Sequence record: KM606994
From: Escherichia phage RB3
DNA length: 64,000 bases
Reading direction: 5' to 3' (one strand)
The notes under the pieces are model-generated. The model was not told the origin of the DNA. It did not search any database and was given only the letters and a program-made list of their open reading frames with translations. A program made the position numbers and the translations under genes. Positions 18,987 through 29,295 of this stretch are shown piece by piece. The first letter of the stretch is position 1. Each line of letters starts with the position of its first letter.

Positions 18987-20413
18987 TAAAATTTTAATTC
19001 ATTCGCCAAAGCATCTAACTGAGCTCGAGTGGATTCGTTTCTTTGATAGCGATTCTGTTCAGCCTGAATCTGTTGTGAACCTGCTACTTCGTTCACTTCA
19101 GTTGGAGTAGAATCTTGTTCAATTTCTACCCATTTCTGATTTCCCTTTTGAACACCCATCAAAAACTTATTCCACTTATTCTTATCGCCATATCGTGATT
19201 TGATTTGCTTAATGAGTTGTTGTTCAGCAGCTGCCAACTCCTCGGTTTCAATGACCGCAAGCATAAAATCAGCTGTTGCTGGAAGACCAGCAGATTCTGC
19301 GATATCACTCATGTTAACATCGGAAGAGTCCCAAGCTTGTTTACCAACCTGTGCTGCAGTCCAAAGAACAGTTTCGGTTTCAACAGCCAGAGCACGCAAT
19401 TCCTCTGCAATAGCTTTAACAGTTGTGTAACTATTTTCCGAATAAACTCGGATGCGACAAGATTTACAAATACCTAGATAGTCGACAATAATGATTGTTG
19501 GAACAAAATTCTTCTTGAGCTTCAATTCGTTTAAAAGTGATCGAAATGTATTAGCGTCTGCTCCACCAGTAGGATACTGTTTAACGATTAAACGACCAAG
19601 AGTAGATTTCTCACGCCATTTTTCCATTTTTCCTTTATACTCAGCGTAAGAAATATGCCCATCATCAATGTCATCAAGAGAAACATCAAGCATATTAGCA
19701 TCAATGCGCTTAGCACAGACTTCTTCTGCCATTTCCATGGAAATGTAAAGAACATTATGCCCGAGCTGCAAATAATCTGCTGCCAATGAACACAGACCTA
19801 ACGACTTACCAACGTTAACGCCAGCCATTAAAACGTTCAGTGTTCCAGTCTCAGCTCCGCCTTTAGTAATTTTGTTTAGAATTCTGAGTTTAAATGGAAC
19901 CTTACGAGCTTTATTCATATAAGATAGCCAACGTGCTTCGTAGTCATCCATCCAATCATGACCAACGTAGCTATCAAATGAAATTGATAATGCTTGGCGC
20001 ATGATGTCAGGAATAGCACCAACATCCGGCATTTTCTTATTTCGTTTTTCCGGAGGAAGCTCAGCATTAGTTTGAATTTCGATTATTTTAGACGTAGCAT
20101 TAAACATCGCCCTTTGCTGAACATATTTTTCTGTTTCTTTTACTAACCAGCTGTGGTCTTCCGGAGAATCGGCTAGTTTTGAAATAAGTGTTTTTACACC
20201 AGAATATTCTGTTTCAGTAAATGAACTATTTTCTAATGCAACATTTAACGCATTAATAGATGGAACGCTATGATACTCATTAACATGAGATTTAATTAAT
20301 TTGAATGTATTTTTAGCTGGACCACTTTCAAAATATTCTGAATCCATATATGGCCAAACTTTTGAAAAATAAGCTTGATCAAATATGAGATGAGAAAGAA
20401 TAATTTCTACCAC
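18986..20413 (-). CDS. 41: replicative DNA helicase gp41 (DnaB-like, 475 aa)
   Basis: GTG start preceded by AAGGAG; Walker A GVNVGKS; sequence MVEIILSHLIFDQAYF as T4 gp41. Confidence 0.92.
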   Translation of the reverse strand: MVEIILSHLIFDQAYFSKVWPYMDSEYFESGPAKNTFKLIKSHVNEYHSVPSINALNVALENSSFTETEYSGVKTLISKLADSPEDHSWLVKETEKYVQQRAMFNATSKIIEIQTNAELPPEKRNKKMPDVGAIPDIMRQALSISFDSYVGHDWMDDYEARWLSYMNKARKVPFKLRILNKITKGGAETGTLNVLMAGVNVGKSLGLCSLAADYLQLGHNVLYISMEMAEEVCAKRIDANMLDVSLDDIDDGHISYAEYKGKMEKWREKSTLGRLIVKQYPTGGADANTFRSLLNELKLKKNFVPTIIIVDYLGICKSCRIRVYSENSYTTVKAIAEELRALAVETETVLWTAAQVGKQAWDSSDVNMSDIAESAGLPATADFMLAVIETEELAAAEQQLIKQIKSRYGDKNKWNKFLMGVQKGNQKWVEIEQDSTPTEVNEVAGSQQIQAEQNRYQRNESTRAQLDALANELKF

Positions 20414-20422
20414 ACTTACTCC

Positions 20423-20785
20423 TTAAAAGAATTTAAATTTTTTCTTTGACCTTTTATTAAATGCATCTTGCAGTTGCATTGTAATACATTTTTCTACATG
20501 AGGAGCTAACTCAGCTTTTCTTTCTTGGTCAAGAACAGCAAAGTCCATTACAACCTTTCCATCAACCCAATCTAATTTTGTCACATACACAATGTGTGTA
20601 GAACCATCTTCTAGTTTAATGACAATCTCCTGGATAACATTTTCCATGGCAGATTTAATTATCTTAAGAGACTCGTTAAAAAGATGTTCTTTTCTTTCTT
20701 CTTCCCCCTCCGAAGAGGGGGATTCATCGATAATTTCTAGATCTAAGTCTAAATCATCTTTATTCATTAAATTCTTCCATATCAC
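20423..20785 (-). CDS. 40: gp40-like head assembly protein (120 aa)
   Basis: Position between uvsX and 41 as T4 gene 40; acidic N-terminus. Confidence 0.5.
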   Translation of the reverse strand: MIWKNLMNKDDLDLDLEIIDESPSSEGEEERKEHLFNESLKIIKSAMENVIQEIVIKLEDGSTHIVYVTKLDWVDGKVVMDFAVLDQERKAELAPHVEKCITMQLQDAFNKRSKKKFKFF

Positions 20786-21941
20786 TTAACTGTTCGAGGT
20801 CAGTTTCTAAATCAGCAGCTGATTTACTTTTACTTTCTGGGGATTTAAATTTTTCAACCTTTGAGTTAATCAATTCATCAACTTCAGCTTCAACAATTTC
20901 ATTACTATCAATAGCACCTAACTGATAAGCACGTTTAATAGCATCTCGGAATGGTTGATGCTTAAATAAAGGACCCCAGAATGTAGTGCAGTTAGTATCT
21001 TTTGCACGCCAAGATTTTTCTTCGCGAATCATCTCGCCGGTTTCTTCGTCAAGAAATTCACGAGCATACCAACCATTCTTAGGTTTTACTACAAATCCTA
21101 ATTCTAGAGCCATATCTAACAATCCAGAATAAGGATCGATACCACCGTCAAATTTAACATCAATAAAGAATTTACTTTTTTCTTTAACGGTACGAGATTT
21201 TTCTACATTTAGAACAAATTGATACCCCTGAAGATCAGAACCATCTTTAATCTGGCGTTTACCGATAATGAATACGGTATCAGCCGAATACATTACGCCT
21301 GTACCACCTGTCATCACGGTTTTACTAAACATTTCAATTGTTTCAATTGTATGGTTAACCGCAACACATGGAATATTTTTAATGCTAAAATAAGGAGTAA
21401 CAATACGGAATAATGACTTCAGTGATTTAGCACGAGTCATATCTGCCACAGATTTTTCATTCAAGGCATCTTCCGTTTCTTTCTTAGAAGCCATATTACC
21501 GATTGAGTCGATGAATACAATAACCTTTTCACCACGCTCAATAGCTTCAAGCTGGTTCACCATATCAATTTTCAGTTGTTCAACTGACTGAATTGGCGTA
21601 TGAATTACACGTTCCGGGTCAACTCCCATGGATCGCAAATAAGCTGGAGTAATACCAAATTCGCTATCATAGAATAGACAAACCGCGTCAGGATATTTGT
21701 TCAAATATGCCGCAACCATAGTCAAAGACATATTTGATTTAAAGTGTTTAGAAGGCCCTGCGAAAATAGTTAAACCAGACTGCATGCCGCCATCAATCGC
21801 ACCAGAAATAGCAATATTAAGCATTGGGATTTTTGTACGGATTACATCCTTTTCATTAAAGAATTTAGATGTAGTCAGTTCAGCAGTCATTTTAGAAGTG
21901 GAAGCTTTAATCAAACGGGATTTTAAATCTGCAATAGACAT
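20760..21941 (-). CDS. uvsX: UvsX recombinase (RecA-like, 393 aa)
   Basis: RecA-fold Walker A GPSKHFKS; near-identical to remembered T4 UvsX. Confidence 0.92.
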   Translation of the reverse strand: MSIADLKSRLIKASTSKMTAELTTSKFFNEKDVIRTKIPMLNIAISGAIDGGMQSGLTIFAGPSKHFKSNMSLTMVAAYLNKYPDAVCLFYDSEFGITPAYLRSMGVDPERVIHTPIQSVEQLKIDMVNQLEAIERGEKVIVFIDSIGNMASKKETEDALNEKSVADMTRAKSLKSLFRIVTPYFSIKNIPCVAVNHTIETIEMFSKTVMTGGTGVMYSADTVFIIGKRQIKDGSDLQGYQFVLNVEKSRTVKEKSKFFIDVKFDGGIDPYSGLLDMALELGFVVKPKNGWYAREFLDEETGEMIREEKSWRAKDTNCTTFWGPLFKHQPFRDAIKRAYQLGAIDSNEIVEAEVDELINSKVEKFKSPESKSKSAADLETDLEQLSDMEEFNE

Positions 21942-22018
21942 TCATTTTTTCCATAGGCATCATTATATTTTCCTCACTGGTTAAAGATAGAGTAATTATA
22001 ACACAATAAATTTAGGCA

Positions 22019-22861
22019 TTAATCAACTGCTATTGGATGAATAGCATTAAACTTATGAAATGCTTCTGATTTTTCTTTACGTGAAACACACATGCGAAGA
22101 ACCTTTAACGGCTCGTCTTCTTCACCCAACGATTTTCGTTTTTCAATATTCGATGTTTTCCAACGAGCTTGCTCTGGAAACTCTCTATTGATTTGCTCAA
22201 GCGCTCTATTATGTTTAGAATTACTACGAATTGAACTGCACCCGCCAGGAGCTTGTGCTTTTCCAGATACAACCAGATATTTGAACAAGGCCAAATGCGG
22301 ATAACCTTGATTAATTAAATTGAGAAATGCATACATATCTTCACATAAATCAATTTTTCCATACCCAATTTGTTCTGTTGTAAGTTTTCCGAGGTCATAC
22401 CATGTATTCGTGAATCCATATGAATTTTCACGATAATTACCCCAAGATGAAGTAATTTTAAAAATTGGTAGACGAGCATGACCATGATAATACCCGCAAT
22501 CCATGGCATCCTCAACATATTGAATCAATTCATAGAACTGTTCACGAGTTAATTGATTAATTTTATCTACACAACGACGATCATCTCTTTTTCGCATTGA
22601 ACTCATACGAATAGTAGTATCATCGTCAATCATCCAGATTCGTTGACCTGCATACATATCAGTAATTGCTTTACGAGTTCCAGCAATTCCGTTTACATCA
22701 TCAGGAATAGTTATAATTTTAGCTCTAGACCCATAGGCATCATAATAAGCTTTTTCTTCGTGTTCACGTACTACAATATGGGGTTCATAATCAGTCGGAA
22801 ACATATCAAGGGCAGAAACTGCCCCGACACGCTGATAACTTGGAATTACGAATTGAATCAT
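22019..22861 (-). CDS. GT-A-type glycosyltransferase at the beta-gt locus (280 aa from first ATG)
   Basis: DxD motif IWMIDDDTTI; sits between uvsX and 42 where T4 has beta-gt but is shorter and of a different fold. Confidence 0.5.
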   Translation of the reverse strand: MIQFVIPSYQRVGAVSALDMFPTDYEPHIVVREHEEKAYYDAYGSRAKIITIPDDVNGIAGTRKAITDMYAGQRIWMIDDDTTIRMSSMRKRDDRRCVDKINQLTREQFYELIQYVEDAMDCGYYHGHARLPIFKITSSWGNYRENSYGFTNTWYDLGKLTTEQIGYGKIDLCEDMYAFLNLINQGYPHLALFKYLVVSGKAQAPGGCSSIRSNSKHNRALEQINREFPEQARWKTSNIEKRKSLGEEDEPLKVLRMCVSRKEKSEAFHKFNAIHPIAVD

Positions 22862-23598
22862 TTCCACTCACCGTTATAATCTTTTTTCACAATATGAGTT
22901 TCGCCAGTATTCCACCAATGATCAACCAAGTAAAAATGACGAGAATATACATGAAGACTTCCAACATTCCATATAATAGAACCTGCTTTATACTGACGAG
23001 TTGAATCGCCTGCATTCAAATCAGATACTAATTTATCTAATACGTATTTTTGCCATGCATAATCATTACGGAATCCGAAGACCACGTCATTTGAGCGCAT
23101 GCTTACTACTGCATTGACTTTCTTATCACGAATCAGGTACTGTACTGTATTAGTACACATGAAATCTGACATGCCATCTTTATTGTAGTCAAATTGCATG
23201 GATGGACGAGTATAAATCATGATACCACGTCGAGAATCAGGATTTTGACCAAGTTCAGCTAAACACATATCATACTGGGCATAGTTATCTTCTGACCAAA
23301 TAGCCCAGCCATAATTCGAGTTAATTTCGCCTTTAGAAGATGCTACCTGCTGCCAAATCTTTGGTGTTTCACCTGGAATATCTTTAACAAACAGACTTTG
23401 AGACTTGTACCATTCAAGTTCACGCTGAATGTATTCATCATTAAGAGCGCCAAAAATAAAGGGTTCATCTGCTACAAATGATGCGCCAATAATTTCAATA
23501 GTTTTAACGCCAGTTTTATCAACTACGAAATCTTTTTCCTTTAATGCAGTTCCCAAATAAAAACGGATTTCTTCAACTGTCATAGAGTCATTAATCAT
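22858..23598 (-). CDS. 42: dCMP hydroxymethylase gp42 (246 aa)
   Basis: Thymidylate-synthase-like fold; length and sequence as T4 gp42. Confidence 0.9.
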   Translation of the reverse strand: MINDSMTVEEIRFYLGTALKEKDFVVDKTGVKTIEIIGASFVADEPFIFGALNDEYIQRELEWYKSQSLFVKDIPGETPKIWQQVASSKGEINSNYGWAIWSEDNYAQYDMCLAELGQNPDSRRGIMIYTRPSMQFDYNKDGMSDFMCTNTVQYLIRDKKVNAVVSMRSNDVVFGFRNDYAWQKYVLDKLVSDLNAGDSTRQYKAGSIIWNVGSLHVYSRHFYLVDHWWNTGETHIVKKDYNGEWK

Positions 23599-23751
23599 TT
23601 AAACCTCAATTGATGCATTCATATTTAAATTGTAACAGTAATAAACCCCACCCTATGATAAGAGTTGGAATCATAGCAGGAACTGTTACGCTATAGTATA
23701 TACTTATTATAACCATCAAGATTAAAAGCAACACTGCTATAATTTTGCTTT

Positions 23752-24003
23752 TCATTCTTTCTCTCTGATGATAATTACCTGATTTGGCTGTACAGACTTT
23801 TTAGTTTCACCTGCAATTGACCAAATAAATGTAATAAACCAACCAATAATTGACCAGTTAAACAGTAAAGACGTGAAAAAGATTCCTACTGTCGATTTTG
23901 ACCCACGCATCAAGGCGATAAACCATGGAAGCATGTATATAATAATAGCCAACACGCCTGAAACTAAAACCATAAAAATTGAACCTGCTACTAAAGTTTC
24001 CAT
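23752..24003 (-). CDS. imm: immunity protein Imm (83 aa)
   Basis: Two TM segments; length and sequence as T4 Imm. Confidence 0.75.
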   Translation of the reverse strand: METLVAGSIFMVLVSGVLAIIIYMLPWFIALMRGSKSTVGIFFTSLLFNWSIIGWFITFIWSIAGETKKSVQPNQVIIIREKE

Positions 24004-24010
24004 GTTTTCC

Positions 24011-24391
24011 TCACTTAGTCAAATTTTTTACACATGAATTATAAGAATTCACTACATACTCCATCGGAGCATTTTTACCTGTGCGCCATTGGTAATTATT
24101 AGCCCAATTTGCCCAAAGCACAGCGCAGTAGTTTTCAATTTTTTCTTCGCGTGTAATTACATCAGAATTACGATATGCTTGAGCAGATTCATCTGGACGA
24201 ATAGCTTCGTCAAAATTCGCCTGCATTTGTTCTACTGTTTGCTTTGGAGCTTCTTTATAACACTTGACATTAGGATTATAAAATTTGCTTGAACAGTTTA
24301 CAATTTTTCCTACATCAGACTGATTTACTACCGGTCCTTGAGCTACACAACCAGTAAGACCTAATGCAATAACCAAAATAGCGATTTTCAT
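24011..24391 (-). CDS. putative lipoprotein (126 aa from first ATG)
   Basis: Signal peptide MKIAILVIALGLTGC with lipobox; shared leader cassette upstream. Confidence 0.5.
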   Translation of the reverse strand: MKIAILVIALGLTGCVAQGPVVNQSDVGKIVNCSSKFYNPNVKCYKEAPKQTVEQMQANFDEAIRPDESAQAYRNSDVITREEKIENYCAVLWANWANNYQWRTGKNAPMEYVVNSYNSCVKNLTK

Positions 24392-24413
24392 TTCATTCTC
24401 CAAATCCGTATTA

Positions 24414-24458
24414 GTAGTTGATAGTTGTATAGTACCATGGAAGAACAGTCTTGTAAAC
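24414..24458 (-). promoter_or_regulatory. early promoter plus shared leader cassette
   Basis: gtagttgatagttgtatagtaccat then gtaaac at 24453-24458, followed by an A/T-rich UP-like tract. Confidence 0.5.
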
Positions 24459-24545
24459 AGTTTTGTGAAAATTTTTTAGGGAATTCTAAAGGTCCAGAAT
24501 CATCTGTTTTTCATAAGTATAGATTTATATTACTTGTATGAAAAA

Positions 24546-24561
24546 GGGACCCGGAGGTCCC
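24546..24561 (-). terminator. intrinsic terminator downstream of gene 43
   Basis: gggacc-cgga-ggtccc with A5 on plus strand (U5 on minus transcript). Confidence 0.6.
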
Positions 24562-24574
24562 TAGATTTATTCTA

Positions 24575-27271
24575 TCAGCCAAACAGGAAGTCTAACGAAG
24601 CTTTTTCTTCATAGTCCATACCAGCCGATTCACACATACCCGCAAGCGGTTTAACAAACGATTTTTGGAACAAAGTTGAGTAGTCAATCCAAGACAGTAC
24701 GTCAGAACGAATTTCCTTTGGAAGTTCTGTGCCCGACGGCCAAGCAATGCACTTGTCACCAAATGGATTTCCTTCGCGTAATGGAAGAACCATTACTTTA
24801 TTTCCATCCAAAATTGGAGCTACACCTAGACCACTAACAGCTCGACGATAAGTTAGCACACCACGAATATGGAACGGGCATTTAAATCCTGGCCAACCTT
24901 TATCATCATATTTCGCTATATCGTTCGCAGTTTTTACTTCAGCAATAACTTTATAGTCGAGTTGACGATATTCTTTCTCGAAGTTCTTGTAATATTCTTG
25001 GACAGACTCTTCACCTTCCTGAAGAATACGACGAATACTTTCTTCGAGAGCTTCTTGCACTGCCTTTGGTGTTGAACTCTGCTGAGTTTCCATACCCATG
25101 ATTTTTAGATGCGGTTCAGCAAATCGCTTATCTTCCATATCATAAACGTTCAGAGCATAACGCTTTTTCGCTTTCCAAAATCCGCCAACGCCCTTTGAAC
25201 CAAGTGGAGGGCAAGAAATAGCTTCACGGTCCATATGCATCAGATGCTCGCGGTTATTCATATAATCACATAACTCACGATATGCAACATCAATCATAGG
25301 TTCCATCTTTTTCTTACCAAACTGATTCATGAATTCAACTAAATCATTTTGTTCTTTAAAGCGGTCAAGACCTACTTTTTCAATTACTTTATCTACACAA
25401 ACATATACCGAATCAGTATCACCTGCTGCAATGAAATCTTCGCCATTAGTTCCGCATACTTTATTCAGATATTCATTAATTTTACGAGCAATCCACTGAA
25501 TACCAACTTGGCCGAAAATTGTGATAGCAGTAGCATTTCGCAAATCATAGTAACGAAAATGAATATTACCAAGAGCACCGTAAAGACTGTTAATAAGAAT
25601 TTTACGGTTCAGCTGATTTGTGTTAGCAAGTGTAGCTGCTTTTTCACATTCTTCAATCAAACTATTGAGAACAGATTCGGTGTAATTCGATAGTTCATTT
25701 AAGAAATCATCACTGAACTTAACATATCGTTCAACTTCAGGTTTAGTTGAACAAGACCCTGCGCCTTTCATAATAATCTTTTTAATAGCTTCGGCATTCA
25801 TTTCTTCAGCGAACATTTTCTTTTTCCAATCTTTACGCTGGAAAAATACTTTAGCGATTTCCTTTGGAATGATACCTTCTTGATGCTTATCATACATCCA
25901 TCCATTCGGAGAACAAGAATATTCATCACTCGGTTTAGGAGCTGTTCCTGCGATATATTCATGAATTGGATGAACTTTAAATTGTCCACGAATAGTCTCA
26001 GGACTAATGTTAACCTGGCGAATAATACTCGGATACAGAGACGTCAAGTCAAAACTCATAATGTATCGACGAGCAATTGGCTTAGGTTCAAATACAAATG
26101 CACCCGGAAAACTCTGTTTAACATGCGAACCTTGTTGAGGAATAACCTTATGTTCACCTTTCAATGAGTTAAAAATAATAGCATCCCAAGTTTTAATAGG
26201 ACTCATTACACCAGAAAAAGGCATTTTAGCGTAATAAGACATACTTAAAACTAGATCGATAAACCCGCGAATTTTATCAATTGCTTGAACTGATTCTACG
26301 TCAATGATGTTATAACTAATGTATCGTTGATGATTAGTCTCACGAAGTTTATTAATAGGACCATCATACGGTAATTTACCTTTTTTGGTTTCATGTTGAG
26401 CAACTGATTCCAAAGAGAATGACGGCAAATTAGTAAAAGCGAATTTCTTGTACAAATCTAAATAATCAAGAATAGATACGCCATCAATAGAATAAATTTC
26501 TTTGCTACCGTACATGTTTTGAATTAGTTTAGATTTTACTCGACCGATTGGAGAAAAGCGTTTCATACTGCGTTCACCGAGAACCATTTTAACGCGATTC
26601 ATGATATACGGAACGTCAAATCCCTCAATATTCCAACCGGTAAAAATAGCAGGTCGTTTCTGTTCCCAGAGATTGATATATTCCATGAGCATATCACGCT
26701 CATTATCAAATGGCATATAAATTACTCGGTCAAGAATTTCTTGAGGAACTTCATCGCCACCTTCACAGTCAAGCTTAGCAGCTAACTTTGCATCCCATTT
26801 TGATACTGAACCGTACATTGAATTCAAAAGGTCGAAAACATAAAAACGATCATCAATTGAATCGTAATGAGTGATAGCATCAATTTCATATTCAGCTTTC
26901 ATTGGGTCAGGAAATTTATCACCAGTAACCTCAATGTCACAGTTAGCTACACGAACAAATTTTCGGTCATAAACAATTTCTGAACCATATGTATCACTGA
27001 TATAAGCGAGTTTAAAATCGTTCATACCGAGAGCTTCGAGACCGATGTCTTCCATTCGCTTCATCCAATCTCGTGCATCTTTCATTGATGGAAATTTTTG
27101 AGGAGCGCAGTTTTTACCATAAATGTCTTTGTATTTTGACTCTTCCTTACAATGCCTAAACATAGTTGGAAGATATTCTACTTCACGAGTACGTTCCTTT
27201 CCGTTTTCATCAATATAACGTTCAACAATGTTATTTCCGACTGTTTCAATAGAGATATAAAATTCTTTCAT
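24575..27271 (-). CDS. 43: DNA polymerase gp43 (family B, 898 aa)
   Basis: Exonuclease and polymerase motifs (YGDTDS); length as T4 gp43. Confidence 0.95.
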   Translation of the reverse strand: MKEFYISIETVGNNIVERYIDENGKERTREVEYLPTMFRHCKEESKYKDIYGKNCAPQKFPSMKDARDWMKRMEDIGLEALGMNDFKLAYISDTYGSEIVYDRKFVRVANCDIEVTGDKFPDPMKAEYEIDAITHYDSIDDRFYVFDLLNSMYGSVSKWDAKLAAKLDCEGGDEVPQEILDRVIYMPFDNERDMLMEYINLWEQKRPAIFTGWNIEGFDVPYIMNRVKMVLGERSMKRFSPIGRVKSKLIQNMYGSKEIYSIDGVSILDYLDLYKKFAFTNLPSFSLESVAQHETKKGKLPYDGPINKLRETNHQRYISYNIIDVESVQAIDKIRGFIDLVLSMSYYAKMPFSGVMSPIKTWDAIIFNSLKGEHKVIPQQGSHVKQSFPGAFVFEPKPIARRYIMSFDLTSLYPSIIRQVNISPETIRGQFKVHPIHEYIAGTAPKPSDEYSCSPNGWMYDKHQEGIIPKEIAKVFFQRKDWKKKMFAEEMNAEAIKKIIMKGAGSCSTKPEVERYVKFSDDFLNELSNYTESVLNSLIEECEKAATLANTNQLNRKILINSLYGALGNIHFRYYDLRNATAITIFGQVGIQWIARKINEYLNKVCGTNGEDFIAAGDTDSVYVCVDKVIEKVGLDRFKEQNDLVEFMNQFGKKKMEPMIDVAYRELCDYMNNREHLMHMDREAISCPPLGSKGVGGFWKAKKRYALNVYDMEDKRFAEPHLKIMGMETQQSSTPKAVQEALEESIRRILQEGEESVQEYYKNFEKEYRQLDYKVIAEVKTANDIAKYDDKGWPGFKCPFHIRGVLTYRRAVSGLGVAPILDGNKVMVLPLREGNPFGDKCIAWPSGTELPKEIRSDVLSWIDYSTLFQKSFVKPLAGMCESAGMDYEEKASLDFLFG

Positions 27272-27330
27272 AGATATTCCTTAGTTTATAGCCCGAGTTA
27301 TTAGGCTCTTGATATATTATACTCCAATTA

Positions 27331-27346
27331 AGGGGCCGAAGCCCCT
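27331..27346 (-). other. GC hairpin with UUCG loop between regA and gene 43
   Basis: aggggc-cgaa-gcccct in the intergenic region. Confidence 0.45.
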
Positions 27347-27349
27347 TGC

Positions 27350-27718
27350 TTAATTACCAATCGTATATTTAGGAACGAGTTTCCATTCATGTTTTTGTTT
27401 AAAAGAAATAACTCGGAAATTATTAGTTAAATCTTTCATAAAAGTTCTTTGACCAGGAATGATTTCAATCAGTCCCCAATCTTCTAACAACCATGCAATC
27501 GAATCACGACGAACTTCATCTTCTTCTGTCATTTCAACCTGGCGACCATCCATACGAAGCATTTCTTTAAAATGAACGATATAGTATAGTCCTTTTTTCT
27601 GAAGAATATGGCAGGACTGATACAGAACTTTATCTTTATTATTAGCAATTCCCATACGAGTCAAAGTTTCTTTTACTTTCAGAAAATCTTCAGGTTTTTT
27701 AAGAGTAATTTCAATCAT
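27350..27718 (-). CDS. regA: translational repressor RegA (122 aa)
   Basis: Length and sequence as T4 RegA. Confidence 0.85.
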   Translation of the reverse strand: MIEITLKKPEDFLKVKETLTRMGIANNKDKVLYQSCHILQKKGLYYIVHFKEMLRMDGRQVEMTEEDEVRRDSIAWLLEDWGLIEIIPGQRTFMKDLTNNFRVISFKQKHEWKLVPKYTIGN

Positions 27719-27719
27719 T

Positions 27720-28283
27720 TTACCATTCCAATGCTAGTTTTTTGAGTTGTTTCTGTTCTTTTACGTTCTTAGTCACTTCTTTCAAAAAATCATCCGTGAC
27801 TAAACCTTTTAGTTCTTTTAATACTAAAGGAAGTTTTCCATTTTTAGTAAGAATTGATTTATAGTTAATTGCATCATTTGTATTAACTTGATACCGCTTA
27901 GCAAGTAACTTAATAATCAATACTTCGGTGGAATCTTCAACCAGTTTTGCCCATTTACCATATCTTTTACCACGAGGAACTGCAGCCATTAGATAATTAA
28001 AATGAGCTTCATCACTTAAACCTGATCCAATTAAATTCATAGCATATACAGCTGGCATGCACTCTGGAAATTGTGATAATGCATTTTCAACCATGAATTT
28101 TGAATAATCTTTTTGAGCAATAGAGCATTTAGTTTTATTATTAATAGCTCCAATTATTTCAAAAAACTCATTTTCAGCTTTTTCTTTAAAAGAATCAGCA
28201 GCGGATTGGACAGCTGTCCAATCTTTTGAATACCAAGCAACTTGATGCTCGTTTAATTGAATATCATCTTCAAATAAGCTCAT
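27720..28283 (-). CDS. 62: clamp loader small subunit gp62 (187 aa from first ATG)
   Basis: Track ORF trimmed to MSLFEDD...; position between regA and 44. Confidence 0.8.
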   Translation of the reverse strand: MSLFEDDIQLNEHQVAWYSKDWTAVQSAADSFKEKAENEFFEIIGAINNKTKCSIAQKDYSKFMVENALSQFPECMPAVYAMNLIGSGLSDEAHFNYLMAAVPRGKRYGKWAKLVEDSTEVLIIKLLAKRYQVNTNDAINYKSILTKNGKLPLVLKELKGLVTDDFLKEVTKNVKEQKQLKKLALEW

Positions 28284-28284
28284 A

Positions 28285-29244
28285 TCACTTCCACTGCATT
28301 TCACATGCTAATTGAATGAAAAGATAAGCTAAATGCAATTCAGTATTAGCTGCAATACCATGATACTGATTATTTTCGCCGACAATTTCGTACATACGAA
28401 TAATACTCTGTGGAGTTACACGTGAATAGATTTCTTCGGCAAGTTTACCCACGAACCACGAATAATCGGCTGCATATTTTGGTGCTAAAGCTCTGAGTTG
28501 TTTAACATCTTTATTTTTGAGAGACTCAAGAACATCATCAATAGCACCACGATCGTTAGTAACCAGTGATAAAATACCAGCATCCAAAACACCTTTAGAT
28601 GAATAACTATCGAGCTCGCCAATAGTTTTACGAAAATCAGGAAAATTCTTTTTAACCAAAGCTGCTACAACTTTCATATCAGCTATAGCAATTCCTTCAT
28701 GCTTGCAGATTTCAGTCAATCGACGAATCATCTGCTTCATCATTTCAATTTTATCTTCATCAGTTGGTTGACCGAATGTAATAACTCGGCAACGTGACTG
28801 AAGTGGTTTAATAATACCATCAATATTGTTAGCAGTAATAATAATACTACAGTTTGAACTATAAGCTTCCATAAAGGAACGAAGATGTCGCTGAGACTCT
28901 GCTAACCCTGAACGGTCAAATTCATCAATAACGATTACTTTTTGACGACCGTCAAATGAAGCTGCGCTGGCAAAATTAGTCAAAGGACCACGAACGAAAT
29001 CAATTTTACAATCTGATCCATTCACAAACATCATATCAGCATTTACATCATGACACAATGCTTTTGCTACAGTTGTTTTACCTGTTCCTGGAGAAGGAGA
29101 ATGAAGAATAATATGTGGAATCTTACCTTTACTTGTAATAGATTTAAAGGTTTCTTTATCAAAGGCGGGAAGAATACATTCATCGATAGTAGATGGACGA
29201 TATTTCTGTTCAAGAATGTGTTCTTTTTCATTTACGGTAATCAT
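28285..29244 (-). CDS. 44: clamp loader large subunit gp44 (AAA+, 319 aa from first ATG)
   Basis: Walker A GTGKTT, DEFD, SRC motif; track start is TTG, ATG at codon 6 with GAGGA RBS. Confidence 0.9.
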
Positions 29245-29276
29245 AATTTCCTCATTCAAGTTTTAGTGTAAATTAT

Positions 29277-29294
29277 AAAGGGCCGAAGCCCTTT
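29277..29294 (-). other. GC hairpin with UUCG loop between 45 and 44
   Basis: aaagggc-cgaa-gcccttt. Confidence 0.45.
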
Positions 29295-29295
29295 A

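Noticed and set aside
23752-24403. Possible frameshift in imm and the downstream lipoprotein gene
   Set aside because: My hand count of codons differed by one base from the ORF-track boundaries here, but the track proteins are full-length and T4-like, so this is most likely my transcription slip.
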